The position numbers and the translations under genes were made by a program. From assembly GCA_964016885.1 (NCBI GenBank), contig OZ024741.1, positions 113,522,001 to 113,586,000 of the forward strand: 64,000 nt of DNA. The letters are read 5' to 3'. This DNA comes from Eledone cirrhosa (taxonomy: Eukaryota). This document shows positions 1 to 13,884 of the stretch, in pieces (within the stretch, counting starts at the first letter, position 1; each line of letters begins with the position of its first letter). Under the pieces are notes generated by a model. It saw nothing but the letters and a program-made list of their open reading frames with translations, was not told the origin of the DNA and searched no databases.

Positions 1-2951
1 TTTGCCCTTTGAATTAAAGGTAGTCAATTTGACAGGCTTCCAAACAGTTTCCTTCTACCCAATTTTACTCACAAAGTATGGGTTGACCCAAGCCTATGGT
101 AAATGACACTTTCCCAAGCTGCCATGCAGTGGAATTGAATCAATGCTGTGTTTACAATTGTATTTTTATCACTATTTCCATAATCACAAATATAACTACA
201 ATCAACATAACAAGTTGATGTTTGGTTGGATATGATTAAACTATCACAATGCCATACAATTTAATGTTTTTATAATGATGAATAGCCCCACCCCTCATTA
301 ATTCAGATATTTGTATCACAAGAAATGTGTGGAAATCCCAGTGGAAAGAAGCTGTAGTAGAGGTAGACTAAAGAAGACCTGACGAAGGAACATAACGAGT
401 GGAGAAATGTTGTGCAGAAAAGAACCCATCCAACCCATGTGAGCATGGAAAAACAGATGTAAAAATATTGATGATGACGATAATGATGATGAATTTATTG
501 TATGCATATATCTTGCTAAATCATCAAATATACATTCTCTTAAATAATGTCAATCTCTCTTGAGAGATTGACACAGTTTTTAAGTCACTGTTCTTGCCAT
601 TTTAGATTAATTGTATTGTTAATACTCCAGGGTGAAATTTAAATATCTCCACATTGTCATTTAAATCCAATAAGGCTAATCACATATACACACACTCACT
701 CTGTACCATCACCACTGCCGCCGCCACCATCTACCCCACTACCACCATCACCACCACCATCCACCCACTGCCATTACCATCATGACTATCAACAACCACC
801 ACCACATCACCACCACCTCCATCATCATCTGGTGAATTAGTAGACACATTAAAGCATCAGACAAGATGACTTGCGGTGCTTGTTTCAGCTCTTTACACTT
901 TGAATCCAAATTCCGCTGAGTTCCACATTGTCTTTCATTCTTTTGGAGTCAATAAATTATAATGCCTGTTCAAGGCAATGTCTTGGCTGAGTTATTAATG
1001 CGTCAGTTGAGATACCTTGTATTAATTATTCCAACTCTTTGTGTCATGGTCTACTAGGGCAATAGATTTAATTAATTGCTTAGTCTCACACAATGACCAG
1101 CGCTGGATTAGCCAATATGTAAAATATGCACATGCTGGCATCAAAAGAAGAGAGGCACCATTGCATTCAAATTAATTGTATTTGTTATTCCAAACTTTTT
1201 TTACAGATTTTACATATGAGGGACACCGTAATCTTTTAAGTGATTAAGGTCTGAAAAGGACTTGTTCTAGCTTCGATCACCATCTGCCTCTTAGGATCCT
1301 TTAGAAGCATTCAGACAAGGTTTTCAGATTGAGCATACCGTCCTCCTTCCCACCTGCCAGTTTCAAATGCCCTGAATAGTGTCATGGACACTGATCTTCA
1401 ATCTATGATTAAACAGCTAAAACAAACGATGCTTTTACATTCATCTTTTCAAAGATCGTATGGGTTAGTTGAGCCTCACAGCATCTCCTAACATGTTGCA
1501 GATCATCATCTGGCACAAACAGCAACAGAGAAAAGCACTAATCTTTATTGTTACATATATCATGTTGTTTAGTATGAATATACATCTGGATGTTTTTCTC
1601 ATAACCTGCCACATTACATTATAGACTAAGTGCATTTTATTGAGCCACCAGCACAAACAACTTTGTATGTGGAAAGACTAAAGTGTTTCCTCTACATTGT
1701 ATCAGTTTTTATTCAGAGTAAATGTTCTCCTAGACAGAGTACCTTCACTCTGGCTGACACAGTCTGTCTCCTCTGTGCAGTTTTATTGAGAGTTGCTGTT
1801 CTCCAATACAGATTGCCATCATTGCAGAATTCAGAGCCTATGTTCTCCTAAACAGGTTGCCTTCACTGTGGCTTACGCAGTCTAAGTCTCTTTTATGCAG
1901 TTTTATTCAGAGTCACTGCTCTTCTAGGAAGTTTGCTTACACTTTGACTTGCAGAGTCTATGGTTCTTCTATTTTTTCCTTCCTTTGAAAAAAATGAAAC
2001 AAAAAGAAATTTATGCTGTATATTTTACAAGCAGATAAACTGAAGACTATTATTTCTGGCCAGATCAAGGATATCATATTACCCAAAACATTAGCCTCTC
2101 CACCAGCTCATAGAGTATCACCATAAATCTCATTTTGTTTTCACTTCAAATCTAATCCCTGCTAGCACTAAACATCACAATGTTTTTAATTCTAGGCTAC
2201 CTTATTAATCACCCATAGAGGGAAGTTGCTCTTTAGAATTAGTAACATGGTTCACCTGTGTGTGTGTATATATATATGTATATATATATAGAGAGATACA
2301 TACATATATATGTTATGTTTGTATATCTGTATGTTTATATGTATGTGTATCAATTTATGTATGTATCTGTATTTGTTTGTGTGTGTATCTCTATAAACAT
2401 GTTTGTATGCATATCTGTATGTATATACATCTGTTTGTGTGTGTGAATAAGGGGAAGGGAAGGACTGGGAGGTTTTATAAATGAATAGTTATATAAGAAC
2501 ATAAACTACAAAAGGCTTTTAGAAACATTAGCATCCCATATATGAATAGATCAATAAGCAGTTCATCACCTTTAGGGAAATACTTTATACATCCCTACTA
2601 AAGAAATAGGTTCTACTTGTGTATTTAGTTGAAATTGCATTAGTGAATGTATGTGTAATATCCAAATATTACAGCAACCCTGGAGAAGGCCTCAGCCCAT
2701 AATTGCTCATTCTTAGTTGCAACAAATTCATCCAAAGATTGTGTTTATGCAAGGAATCAATACCTGTGTGTGTGTGTATGTGCATGATTGTGAATATATA
2801 TTTTCTGTCTGTGTATGTAAGGAATAATTAAATGTATATTTGCACACAATTATGCATAGATAGGCACTTGTTTGTGCAAATGCAAGCAAGCTTGTGTAAA
2901 ATCTCTTATGCATGTTTGTGTGTATCTGTGTATGTTTATATACATATATAT

Positions 2952-3000
<49 letters not shown>

Positions 3001-4329
3001 AAATAATATGTTCATCGATAATACACATATATGGCTCATCATCATCATCACCATTTAATGTGGAAGATAGACGTTAAACGATGATGATGATGAGCCATAT
3101 ATGTGTATTATCGATGAACATAATACATATTATTTCATATACACCACTATATATATATATATATATTTATAATACATATGTAACACACACATGCACACAT
3201 ACATACACACATACATACATAATACATACATAATACATACATATACATATACATGCAAATATGTGTGTGAGTGTAAGCCATTTTATGTGAGCAAAAATTT
3301 GTGCATGCTTGCTCTCTGTGTGCATAAATTTATAGTTGGGTAAGTACATGTGTATATATGTGCATATAAATGAGCGAGTGTGTGTAATTCTAGATTCAAT
3401 TAATTAGTTAATAATGTTGAATACAAAAGAGGCAATTTGTACACATTTACTGCAGTCTGATGGGGATTGATTTATATTATGCTCTGTTTTAAGCTCAACT
3501 GTCATTTTATTGCACTCCAATTGCTAATCATTTGTGCATCAGATGCACAGCTGTTAAAAATCTTTAATGATATTTAATGCTTTTAGAAGTTCAAACATTT
3601 CTCCAGAATTGTGGTTCCTTTGGAGTGTGCACAAAGACCATATAGTTTTATAGGGAAAAGTGAGTGTAATGTTATGGCAAAAATGCTTTTACATATGCCT
3701 ATAGCAATGTAATTTATGTAATGGGAAATGGTGTGTTCGTTTGAATCTGTAACTCTATCAGGAGTTACAGCTTGATACAAAGATTCAAGTTCATATGAAC
3801 TTCTTGGAAGAAATTGGCTTTATTCAGACCTTGAGAGGGATAGGCTCCACCAGGGTTTAGATGCCCCAAACGCACTGTATGTTAGACAATCTGTCTAACC
3901 CATGCTAGCATGGAAAAATGGACGTTAAACGATGATGATGATAAAACTACTATATAATCATACATCATACATTGCATTACAGTAATACAATTTGTGTTAT
4001 GAGTGATGTGAGATAGATTCAATTTATCAGAATGAACACACAGGATAGTAAAGGGAAACACTTTGAATATTATTGAGCTGCATACAAGCCACATTTAATA
4101 ATAGATAACAAGAACAAAGATAATGAAAACCAAAGGAGGAAAGATATATCTTACCCTGACCGTCATAGTTTCTGATATGCCAAAGATCTTACTTGCATCT
4201 CCTAGTCCTATATTAGGTACAGCAACAAACTCAGTGTCACATGATGGTAAAGTGAGGGAGGCTATTTCTAATCACATGTATATTTGTTATTTCTGTTTAC
4301 CTTATATATATATAGATATATCATCAGTG

Positions 4330-4670
4330 AAGGCGCATGGCTTAGTGGTTAGAGCATTGGACTTGCAATCGAAAAGTTGTGAGTTCGATTCTCGGACTGG
4401 GTGATGCGTTGTGTTCTTGAGCAAGACACTTTATTTCACATTGCTCCAGTTTACTCAACTGTAGAAATGAGCTGCGACGTCACTGGTGTCAACCTGTATC
4501 GGCCATTGCCTTTCTCTTGAACAACATCGGTGGCGTGGAGATGGGAGGCTGGTATGCATGGGTGACTGCTGGTCTTCCACAAACAACCTTGCCTGGTCTT
4601 GTGCCTGGGGGGAAAACTTTCTAGGTGCAAATCCCATGGTCATTCGTGACCAAAGGGGGTCTTTACCCTT
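4330..4670 (+). mobile_element. tRNA-derived SINE (group 1, CORE-like central block)
   Basis: A box TGGCTTAGTGG; B box GAGTTCGATTC; then TTGTGTTCTTGAGCAAGACACTT. Relatives at 9770-10030(-), 10400-10640(-) and 1-140(-). Confidence 0.85.
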
Positions 4671-4947
4671 TTTTTATATATCATCATCATCATCATTTTA
4701 CGTCTACTTTTCCCTGCTTGCATATATATATATATTATACTTGCATGTATATATATATATTATACGTTGGGGGGTGGGGGGTGGGGTCATGCTGCTAATA
4801 AAAACACACAACACTTATAAGTTGAAGTGAAAACCAACAGGTGCATGTGTTTTTATTGTATTGGCAGCATGACACTCCCAAAGTATAACAATATCTGCTT
4901 CAACACACGTTTTCAGGTAAGAAATCTCACAAAATAAATTCAAAAAC

Positions 4948-4949
<2 letters not shown>

Positions 4950-5036
<87 letters not shown>
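4950..5036. repeat. (TA)n microsatellite
   Basis: Direct inspection. Confidence 0.95.
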
Positions 5037-5037
<1 letters not shown>

Positions 5038-5284
5038 CAATGATAGTGAGTAAAATCGAAGTTGCAGCTGCAACTAGCATCTTTCAAATACAGTCCTCAG
5101 AAGCTGGCATAAGCACTCAATTAGATGATATCAATAAATCAATAAATTATAGCTCAGAGTAATAAACATGTTAAAGGTATGGCAAATTGAAAATTGCGGC
5201 CAGGTAAAAACTGCCACAAAGCCACCACAACAACGAAAAATATATATATAATATAAAATGTTGTAGTTTGCTTGAAGCATTGTA

Positions 5285-6153
5285 TCTATACATATATATA
5301 AAACTGAAGTTGTCTTTGTGTGTGTCCTAATTTTGGCAAAGTCTATACAAATCAACATTTCTACTCCGATTGACTTCAAACTTGCATTTATATATTCCTT
5401 GCAGTCTAAAGATATTAACTGCAGCTTTTACTTTTCAATTTTCTGTTGTTAAAGGCGTTTTTTCACAACAACTTTAAGCCCTTTTTCATTCAGTTCGGCA
5501 ACTTTGTCTACAATATTCAAGAGAGACAATTCTTTTGTATTTTGAAAGAGTTACCTCTCTCTATAGACTATATTATCCCTACTTAAACGTACATCCCTTG
5601 AAATTGTTGATGGTGACTCCAATAGTAACTCCAAAGCATTCAGCATCCGATATAACAGTTCAGTTTATATTAGATTGGGTAGAAGGTGGAAGGCCCAACA
5701 TGTTGTGTGGTTACATGACATGTCTTACTCAAGCATTGTAGGCTTTACTCTGTACAGTATGCATGCAGGTGCAATAGACATAACTGATGATGTGTGTCTG
5801 GATGACTGGGTCCAAATCTATAAAACTCGAAAAGTACCTAACCAATTTTCTCCAAATGGAAGAAAAATCATACTCTAAGATTTAGTATGCTTAAAGAGTA
5901 TCCAGCTGATTTTCTTCAGATTTTGCACATGCATGCAGATGTTTCCCGATTCGGCCCTGTTGGTGTTCTACATTTCCAGTAGATGAACAATCATTTCCTA
6001 AGGGAATTTAAAAAGGGAATTTAAAAAAGGGAATTTCATAAGGGAATTTCATAAGGGAATTTAAAAAGTACACAGCTACATTCCTCAATCTTTGCATATA
6101 CGTGTCGCTATTTCATGTTTCCTACCCCGTGCAACGCCGGGTCCTGCTACTAG
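5285..6153 (+). mobile_element. Non-autonomous Helitron
   Basis: A|TC 5' end (TCTATACATATATATAAAACTG); subterminal hairpin CCCGTGCAACGCCGGG; CTAG|T 3' end; no TSD. Confidence 0.85.
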
Positions 6154-6420
6154 TATAATATATAATGTGGAAAGTGATATGAGGCTAAACAATGCAAAAT
6201 GGACGCTACCTGCATCTTACATCCATTTTGCATTGTTTAGCCTTATATCACTTTCCACATTATATATAAATATATATATGTACATATATATAAAGCATAC
6301 ATCTCTTTCTGTGGGTGAGGTGCTTTTATGGCACAGCCTAAGCAGGTCATAGGTAATAACCGAGCAAGAAATTTTATAAAACCTGCAAAAGAAAGAGGGA
6401 CAACAACAACAATAATAATA

Positions 6421-6628
6421 AAATTAGAAATAGAAGCTTTCCCCATATTTTTGACTAAAGAAATTTTAGCCTGATAGTGGGGTTTAGAACCCTAAGAGAA
6501 ATGGAAAGAGATGAGTATTGATGAACATCAATACTCATCTTTTTCCATTTCTTTGAGGGTTCTAAACCCCACTATCAGGCTAAAATTTCTCTAGTCAAAA
6601 ATACGGTGAAAGCTTCTATTTCTAATTT
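6421..6628. repeat. ~208-bp near-perfect palindrome
   Basis: Arms of ~103 bp around a 2-nt AA loop (GATGAGTATTGATG-AA-CATCAATACTCATC). Confidence 0.93.
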
Positions 6629-6667
6629 CAATATCTCTCGCTGTTTCAAAATATACTTACCTGTAGT

Positions 6668-7046
6668 AATAATTGTTTCTACTTTTGGCACAAGGCCAGC
6701 AATTACCCGGTGCATTACTGGTACTTTATTTTATCGACCCCGTAAGGATGAAAGGCAAAGTTAACCTCGGCGGGATTTGAACTCAGAATAACAAGGGCAG
6801 TAACTCTATGCGTCAAAGCATGGCGTCCGACCCTCTACCGATACTGCCAAAATAATGGTTTCTGATTTAGTCACAAGGCTAACAATTTTGGGTGAGGGGA
6901 TTAATTAAATCAACCCCAGTACTTTATTTTATTCTCCTCTGTAAAGATGAAAGGCAAAGCTCACCTTGACATGATTTAAACTCAGAATGTAAGGGACATA
7001 ACTATATGCCACAAAGAATGTTGTCGAATGCTCTACTGATACTGCA
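6668..7046 (-). mobile_element. Two tandem tRNA-derived SINEs (group 2)
   Basis: Minus strand: TGGCAGTATCGG A box, GAGTTCAAATCCC B box, CTTTGCCTTTCATCCTT..GGGGTCGATAAAATAAAGTACCAG core, (ATT)n tail. Confidence 0.88.
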
Positions 7047-10000
7047 TGAGCAGGAACTTCTCATCTGATATAACCTCTACTCTGAGCTAGACAGAGCACA
7101 GTTCCTTTCTGTGATCCACCATAACTGACCTTCAGGTGATCATAGCCATGAGTTGCCAAAAGACATTTCCCACTGTGTTGGGTTGAACATTGGCGTCATT
7201 CATTTTCAATGTGGTTGACTGAGAAGAAATGATTGTGCACATGACAAGAGGAAGTTGGTTTGTTGAAGACTGTTAGTTAGAGCAGGAATCAACTAAATTG
7301 ACAATGGGTGTAGCACTATTCTCTTCAACTGATACACCGACAAGCCAGCAAAAACAATCCTTTACAAGTCACCCAACCTGCTAAATATAGCAACCAACTC
7401 TCCTTCAAGTTTTACCCTAGTCTTAGTAAATGAAAGGACACATTGGATAAAGATCAAAAGCATTCTAGCCATGACCATCCTGAAAGAGGCAAGTTGGAAT
7501 ATCTTTGATCATATTTCTGTTGAATCAGGGTTAACCTGGACAACGACAGCCTAAATTACCTTGCTCATTTCAACAAAATGTTTTAACTAAATATAATTTG
7601 AGGAGTGCATGTGTGGTCCATAATGCCATGTCTTAACCTTAAAAGCACAGTCATCATCATCATTTAATGTCTATTTTCCCTGCTATCAAGGGTTGGATGG
7701 AACACCACAGACCGAGTCAGTACTCCAGTTGAGCTACTGATTTCTTAGATGGGCTGGAGATGTGCATCTTGCTTACATACATACCCATGTTCTACTGAGT
7801 GTGTGTTTTATTGTGGTACCAGTGATAAGGAAGTTGTTAGGTCTTTTCACAGCTGAAGTAATTAATTTTTCATGCCATACAGCCACTTTGTGTTTCTTCA
7901 TCTTTTCTCTGATGCTCTGCTTTCTGAGAGATAAGATATTACTATTTCTTTCCAAATCAACCTTTGTTGCCTCTGTTCCATGGATAACTTTCAACAAGCA
8001 CTAAGCATCGAATCCAATCAAGTATTCATACCAATCTAGTTGTTTCTCTTTAATGCCATATGCCTTCTCAAGTTATATGTGTTCTGGCACTTATTCAGGG
8101 TAAACATTTTATATCCAACAGATTGTGATCACCTCAGCTCTTTCTAGCTCTGTAGACCTTCCATGTATGTCTACCATTGTTGTTTTTCTTATAGTGTTTA
8201 GTTAGAGAGGGAAGGAAAATGCACACAGGTCTTTTTGAGGGGCTTTGAGGCTGGTTAGAAAGAATGAAAAAGCTGTCTGCCAGCTAGAAACCTGGCCTGA
8301 ATGCTTTTAACTGAGTGAATTTCACTAAAAGTTCAACCAAATAGTGATGTTAAACTGGGGGATGGATTAACACTTTTGATACCTACTACCCCTGGTCCTA
8401 GAATGGAAAATGATTTATTCTAAAATGTATATATTTATCTAAAAACCTTCTGACTTAGTAAGAATGTTTGTTAAGCTAAGTTCCAGACACCAGTTTAATA
8501 ACGAGAAAGTTAATTACAATACTAAATCTCTCCAAATTATTGATTATTTAAAAAGTTATTTGAAAACCATAGGCAATATCTTTTATTAGAAATAGGTTTA
8601 CCCAACATGAATTAAGTTTACCACTTAATAATGGTTCTACTCCACAACATCACACCATTTACATATGTTTCAATTAATTTTCGAACCCATGACACCAGCA
8701 TGGAAAAATCAATATTAAAATTTTGATGATGATGACGACAACAATGATGACAGTGACAGCAATGATGATGGGGAGGACAAAAAGGAGGATAGCATGAGAA
8801 GTGAAATAATGTGCTAAATATGATAATAATGTACATTTTTGAATGCCAGTATACTGTGTTTAGAAAATCTGTAGAAAAACTAAAGCTGATAGAAATAGCT
8901 TTCTTGTATATTTGAATTACATCATGTGTAGGTGTATATATGTATATGTGGGCACATATGTGTGTTTGTTTGTAATATACAACAAAAGACAAAGAGCAAT
9001 AGAGAATAAATTATGTGTACATTTCTTAAGCATTCAATCCATACACTTTGTTTAACAGATATTTTTTAATGAGAATATTTTGATTTTTGTGTCTTTTTTT
9101 CAGTTTTTAAACTATTTACAAATCACATTTTCAAAATTGATATTCCTTTCATTTTAATATTAAGTATTCTAGAATGTTACAGTATTACATATTCCAGTTA
9201 TAAAATATTCACTATTTGTTTTATTGTTTCATCCTATTGATTTTAGTTTGATCATAAAAGACAATATCCATATTTCAACATTCATTTATTTTAATTTTAC
9301 ATCTCTTTATGTCTGTGAATTATATTATTGAAACTTTACCGCTGTCTTTACAGATATTATTGCGTGCAATGTGTGTTGGTAAGTTATTTGTGAAGGAAGA
9401 TTTGTTAAATGGTTGGGGGCAAAAAAACACATCTGACAGCTGTAAAACATTGCCTTGATATTGACTTCACAATCAATATAAAACCTGTCATGAAGGGGTT
9501 GCAAAACCAATCACTGATTTTGTAGGAAAATGGCTTTAAAACACTTATGTCCTTGAGGATAGTAATTTTCTAAATGGCTAATTCTGGTTCTAATTCATCC
9601 TGATTGTACTTCTAATGAATTCTGTATTTCTCTATATCAGTTTATGAAGATGATAATAATTGTTTATATGTGCATACGTGGTGAATTCTGAAAGATTTAC
9701 AAAAATAATTAATTGTTTCATTACTAAGATAATGATTAACATACATTGAAAGATTTTAATTTAACTAGGAACCCTTTCACTCTGATCGACCAACAAGATC
9801 CCAGATCGCTTGATGAGTGGCATGGTCCTCGTCAAATCAGACCAAGGAAACAATGTTTCCATTGGTCTTTCCATTGCTGATACTATTTATTGTTTGCAAC
9901 TCCTGGCAGAAAGGGCAACGTGAATAAAGTGTCTTGCTCAAGGAAACAATGTATCACCCGGACTAAGAATTGAACTCACAACTTCACAATTGTGAATCCA

Positions 10001-10790
10001 ACTCTCTAACTACTAATCCACGTGCCTTTAGAAGGAACCCTTTAAAATAGGTGTATTTTGTTTCATGAGACCAGAGCCAGTTTCAGCTGAGTTTGTATGA
10101 AAAGGTTTGAAAAGGTAAAGGGAAGCACTCATTAAATTGTAATAACTTGTGCACCTCTACTAACATCATGCAAAACATTTTTTTTTATATATAAAACTAT
10201 AAGTAGGTAGATGTGCATAAAGAAAATGTTTACTGTCTCTACAATCTTGTGGATATGTTCTGATGTTTAAACTGTTATTGTTGTAGGAATTTTCAGAAAC
10301 TGAAAGTACACCCATTAGATGTTGTTGGACCTTATGTCAGTTACAACAACAAGCACTTCAGTTGTTTTTATCAATGGAATATCCTGTACTTGAAGTTAAT
10401 TTGCAAATGGCTAAGCATTCCATAGACATGTGTATCACTAACATAGTTCTCAAGGAGAGTCAGTATGACAGTGTGTGTGTGTAACAAGGCTGGCACTTTA
10501 AATTATAGCTACAACTGATTTTTTCCAGCTGGATCAACATGAAATAAAGGGCCTTGTACAATGGCTGAATGTGCCGCCAGGAATCAAACTCATGATCTTA
10601 CAATCTGGAGCCAAACAGCCTAACCACTAAGACCCATACTTTTACACATTTATTATTAAATGCTGGTTGAAACATTTATCAACGTTTACCATAATGTTCT
10701 TTGTAAATGTTCTTTGAAATGCTGTGCACAGAATGTAACCTTGTTCACACCAGGAGTAACTCCCAGTGCTATTGATGTGAGTAACTCCCT

Positions 10791-10966
10791 CAGGGCTTGA
10801 TTAAGAACTTTGAGGCCCTAAACTCTGACATGTTTATGATATTTCCATATACTGTTTCTGGGAAAAAAACTCCCATATGCTGTATTGGAAAAAAAATCTA
10901 TAGTGGCCCTCTTTACTTGAGGCCCTAAACACATGCTTATTTTACTTAATAGTTAATCCAAGGCTG
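10791..10966. mobile_element. hAT-like MITE
   Basis: Imperfect TIRs CAGGGCTTGATTAA / TTAATCCAAGGCTG; partly matching flanks AACTCCCT / AACTCTTG; internal GAGGCCCTAAA repeats. Confidence 0.55.
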
Positions 10967-12072
10967 AACTCTTGCTCCATCGTTGGGGTCATCCTGGTGA
11001 CACAACAAAAGCCCCCAGTCTTCCATGTAAGGTGGTGTGCTGGTGACATGACAAAAAGCACCCAGTCCAGCCTGCCAGATGATCATTTGGTGCCACGATT
11101 AAAAAAAAAGCACCAGTCCAACCTGTAAGGTGGTCATGCTGGTTACATAACAAAGGAATCCAGCCATAGAAATGAAGCCAGAAATAGTTTCATATTACCC
11201 ATACAAACACAGAAATTAGACATTAAATGGTGATGATGATGTATATATAATATATATATATGAGGTTATAGTGTAGTACTTCACTATTTTCATTGGTAAG
11301 ATGAGATAAGCTCAATTCACTTTACCGTCCTCTATTCTTCAGGAGTAAAAAACTGGATGATTAAGGGCAGTTCAGGTAGCAGAGCATTTAAAGTTCAAAA
11401 CTTTTAAGAAAGCCAAGGATATGAAATTATTATTTATTCATACAACTCTACAAACGTTTCAACATAGTTAGAATATTGAATCCATTTACAAAGCAGCTGG
11501 AGATTACCAGTTAACAATTATGGGTGATTTATCCTAACTGTATCTGTTCAGGAAACATATAGAACAAAATAACAATAATTAATACCGTAAGATAAATATT
11601 TAAAAAATGAGAGGATTCAAAGTATAGAGCTTTTAGGCAGGCAATTAGATTTCAAATGCAAATCAAGTATAAGCTTGTACAAGGGTTATTTTTTCAAACA
11701 TGCATGTTTATAAATTTATATGTGCTTTTTTTTTTCAGGAAAAATGTTAAAACCAGGAATTGGTTACAGTAGGGGCAGTTAAAGATTTTATTTATAAAGT
11801 TAGAGTAATTTATTCGGTTATTTATTAGAGAATGATTTGAAAATATTAAGTAGAATTTTTTCGTTCTATGCAGTATAGAAGAAAGTATATATGAAGCAAA
11901 ACATATTCTCATATATATAAAGTATATATAATTACCTATTGTTTTTCCTAATCAGGTTCTAAAATTAATTATGTAGTGGAAACATTACTAATTTTATGAG
12001 ACATTTCAAATAAAATATTTTTTTCATTTTCTGTTCAATATATCGTTAAACGTTGAAATGTTAGTAGAGATA

Positions 12073-13821
12073 TCTGTATATATATAAAATTAAGTGTGTG
12101 TGTGTGTCTGTGTATTACCTATAGGGCCTACACCTTACGACCGATTTTCATGAAACTTTACAGGCTCATAGATTAGTCATCGGGGAGTGTTTTCTATATA
12201 TCAGCGTATCGTCTTTTTATTTTATTCCGGGGTCATTCTGCAGATAAAAATCGATAGGGGGGGGGGGGTCACCTTTTTTAGGTATCGAAAAATAAGATTT
12301 TTGACTCTAGCTCCCACATTTTGTCACCGATTTAGTTCAAATTTTAAAGCAAAATAGAATTTATCATTGCACATCTTCTAATGGCTTTATATTTTGCATT
12401 TGTTGTTCAGGGACGGCGGGGCAGCCGCTTAAATATTAAAAAATACCACTTTTAGATTCAAATTTCCACTTTTTCTGCTCTAGCTCCCACATACTCCCTC
12501 CACAGTACTAATATCAAGAAGTCTTCCTGTGAACGTGACCTGGGCATTACGGTCAGCAGCGATTTGCGTTGGACGAGGCACGTCTCTAAAATTGTCAAGA
12601 GGGCCGAGGGTGTCTTAGCATCACTCAGCAAGACCTTTGTCAGCCGCTCTCCAGATATCTATTTAAGGCTGTATACAGCTATGGTGCGACCACACTTAGA
12701 ATTTGCATCACCAGTCTGGAACCCCTATCTTGCTCAGGACATTGACCGCCTGGAAACTGTTCAGAGATGTGCAACCAAGCGAATACCCTCCATCAGGCAT
12801 CTACCATACTCTGAGCGCCTTGCTTCCCTGGGCATGGATTCACTGAAGCTCCGACGCCTGGCAACTGACTTGGTAAACACCCACAAAATTGTTAACCATC
12901 TTGCCAACAACAACCCTGAGTACCTTTTCGATTTCCATGTGTCTAACACACGTGGACATGCCCACAAAGTAAGAAAACAGCACAGTTCCCATGACTTTTG
13001 AAAACATTTTTTCACGCTTAGAGTTGCTGAAGCATGGAACAAACTACCTGCATCAGTTGTTAGCTGTCGAGACACTGCATCCTTTAAGGCCTCCATGCTT
13101 CCCGAGATCCGCCAACAGAACAGCTAACACATACACACATGTACTTCCCTGACATTTGTGTATTATTCTATGTACTATATTGACGAGTTGTAGTGCACCT
13201 GAGCACTTTACACAATAATTTCATTATTATTCATTATTATTAATCAACCTTTGTTCAAATTTTACACTATGCTAGATCTGATTATTACACGTCTTAATTT
13301 TGGATTTTTTGTTCAGGAACGGCGTGGCAGCCGCTTAAATATTCGAAAATACAACCATTTCGCTCAAATTTCCGCCTTTTCGGCTCTAGCTCCCACATTT
13401 TTCAACCGACTTCGTTCAAATTCGAAACTTCGGCTCCACCTCACACATAAAGCAATTTATTTGGTTCAACTTTTATACTACGATAGAACCTATCATTGCA
13501 CATCTTATAGATGGTCAAAGGCAAAACGATGGCCACTGACGTCGTCTGATCTTTTAGTTGTGTATTTGAGAATTCATCGGTTTCCAATCAAATAGCGTGA
13601 GGAAATTTGGCTTAGTGTTAGAGGTCATTACATCCCTCCTCCAGCATGCCCCTTCGTCAGTCACCTGCATTTCTCAGTGATAGAGGTCATCACCACCCTC
13701 CCGCGCATGGCCTGTGTGTGGCCATATATGAGTCATCGAGAAGCAGTCGCTAAGATCAACACCTTTTCATCAAAGCAGATATTATTTTACCTACACAGGC
13801 AACGCTGGGTACTGCTGCTAG
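12073..13821 (+). mobile_element. Non-autonomous Helitron with internal repeats and a nested LINE
   Basis: A|TCTGTATATATATAAAAT start; GGCAACGCTGGGTACTGCTGCTAG|T end; three CTCTAGCTCCCACAT units. Confidence 0.82.
12494..13242 (+). mobile_element. CR1/L2-group LINE 3' end nested in a Helitron
   Basis: ERDLGI, LYTAMVRPHLEFASPVWNP, LETVQRCATK, TRGH and FFTLRVAEAWNKLP motifs; (ATT)n tail. Confidence 0.9.
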
Positions 13822-13884
13822 TCTGAATATAAAATAATTTCCTGTCCTTAGCTTTATTAAATTTTGAATATATATATATATATA

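Noticed and set aside
2674-2722. GCAAC-CCTGGAGAAGGC...GTTGC hammerhead-like remnant
   Set aside because: GAAA is missing and stem III is absent; too degenerate to support.
4330-4402. tRNA gene
   Set aside because: The tRNA-like head runs directly into a SINE body; no complete acceptor stem or terminator.
5998-6068. AAGGGAATTT x5 as regulatory sites
   Set aside because: A short tandem minisatellite inside a Helitron; no evidence of function.
10995-11170. Three spaced ~45-bp repeats resembling a CRISPR-like array
   Set aside because: Derived from the tandem units of the RTE 3' UTR; degenerate and in a eukaryotic context.
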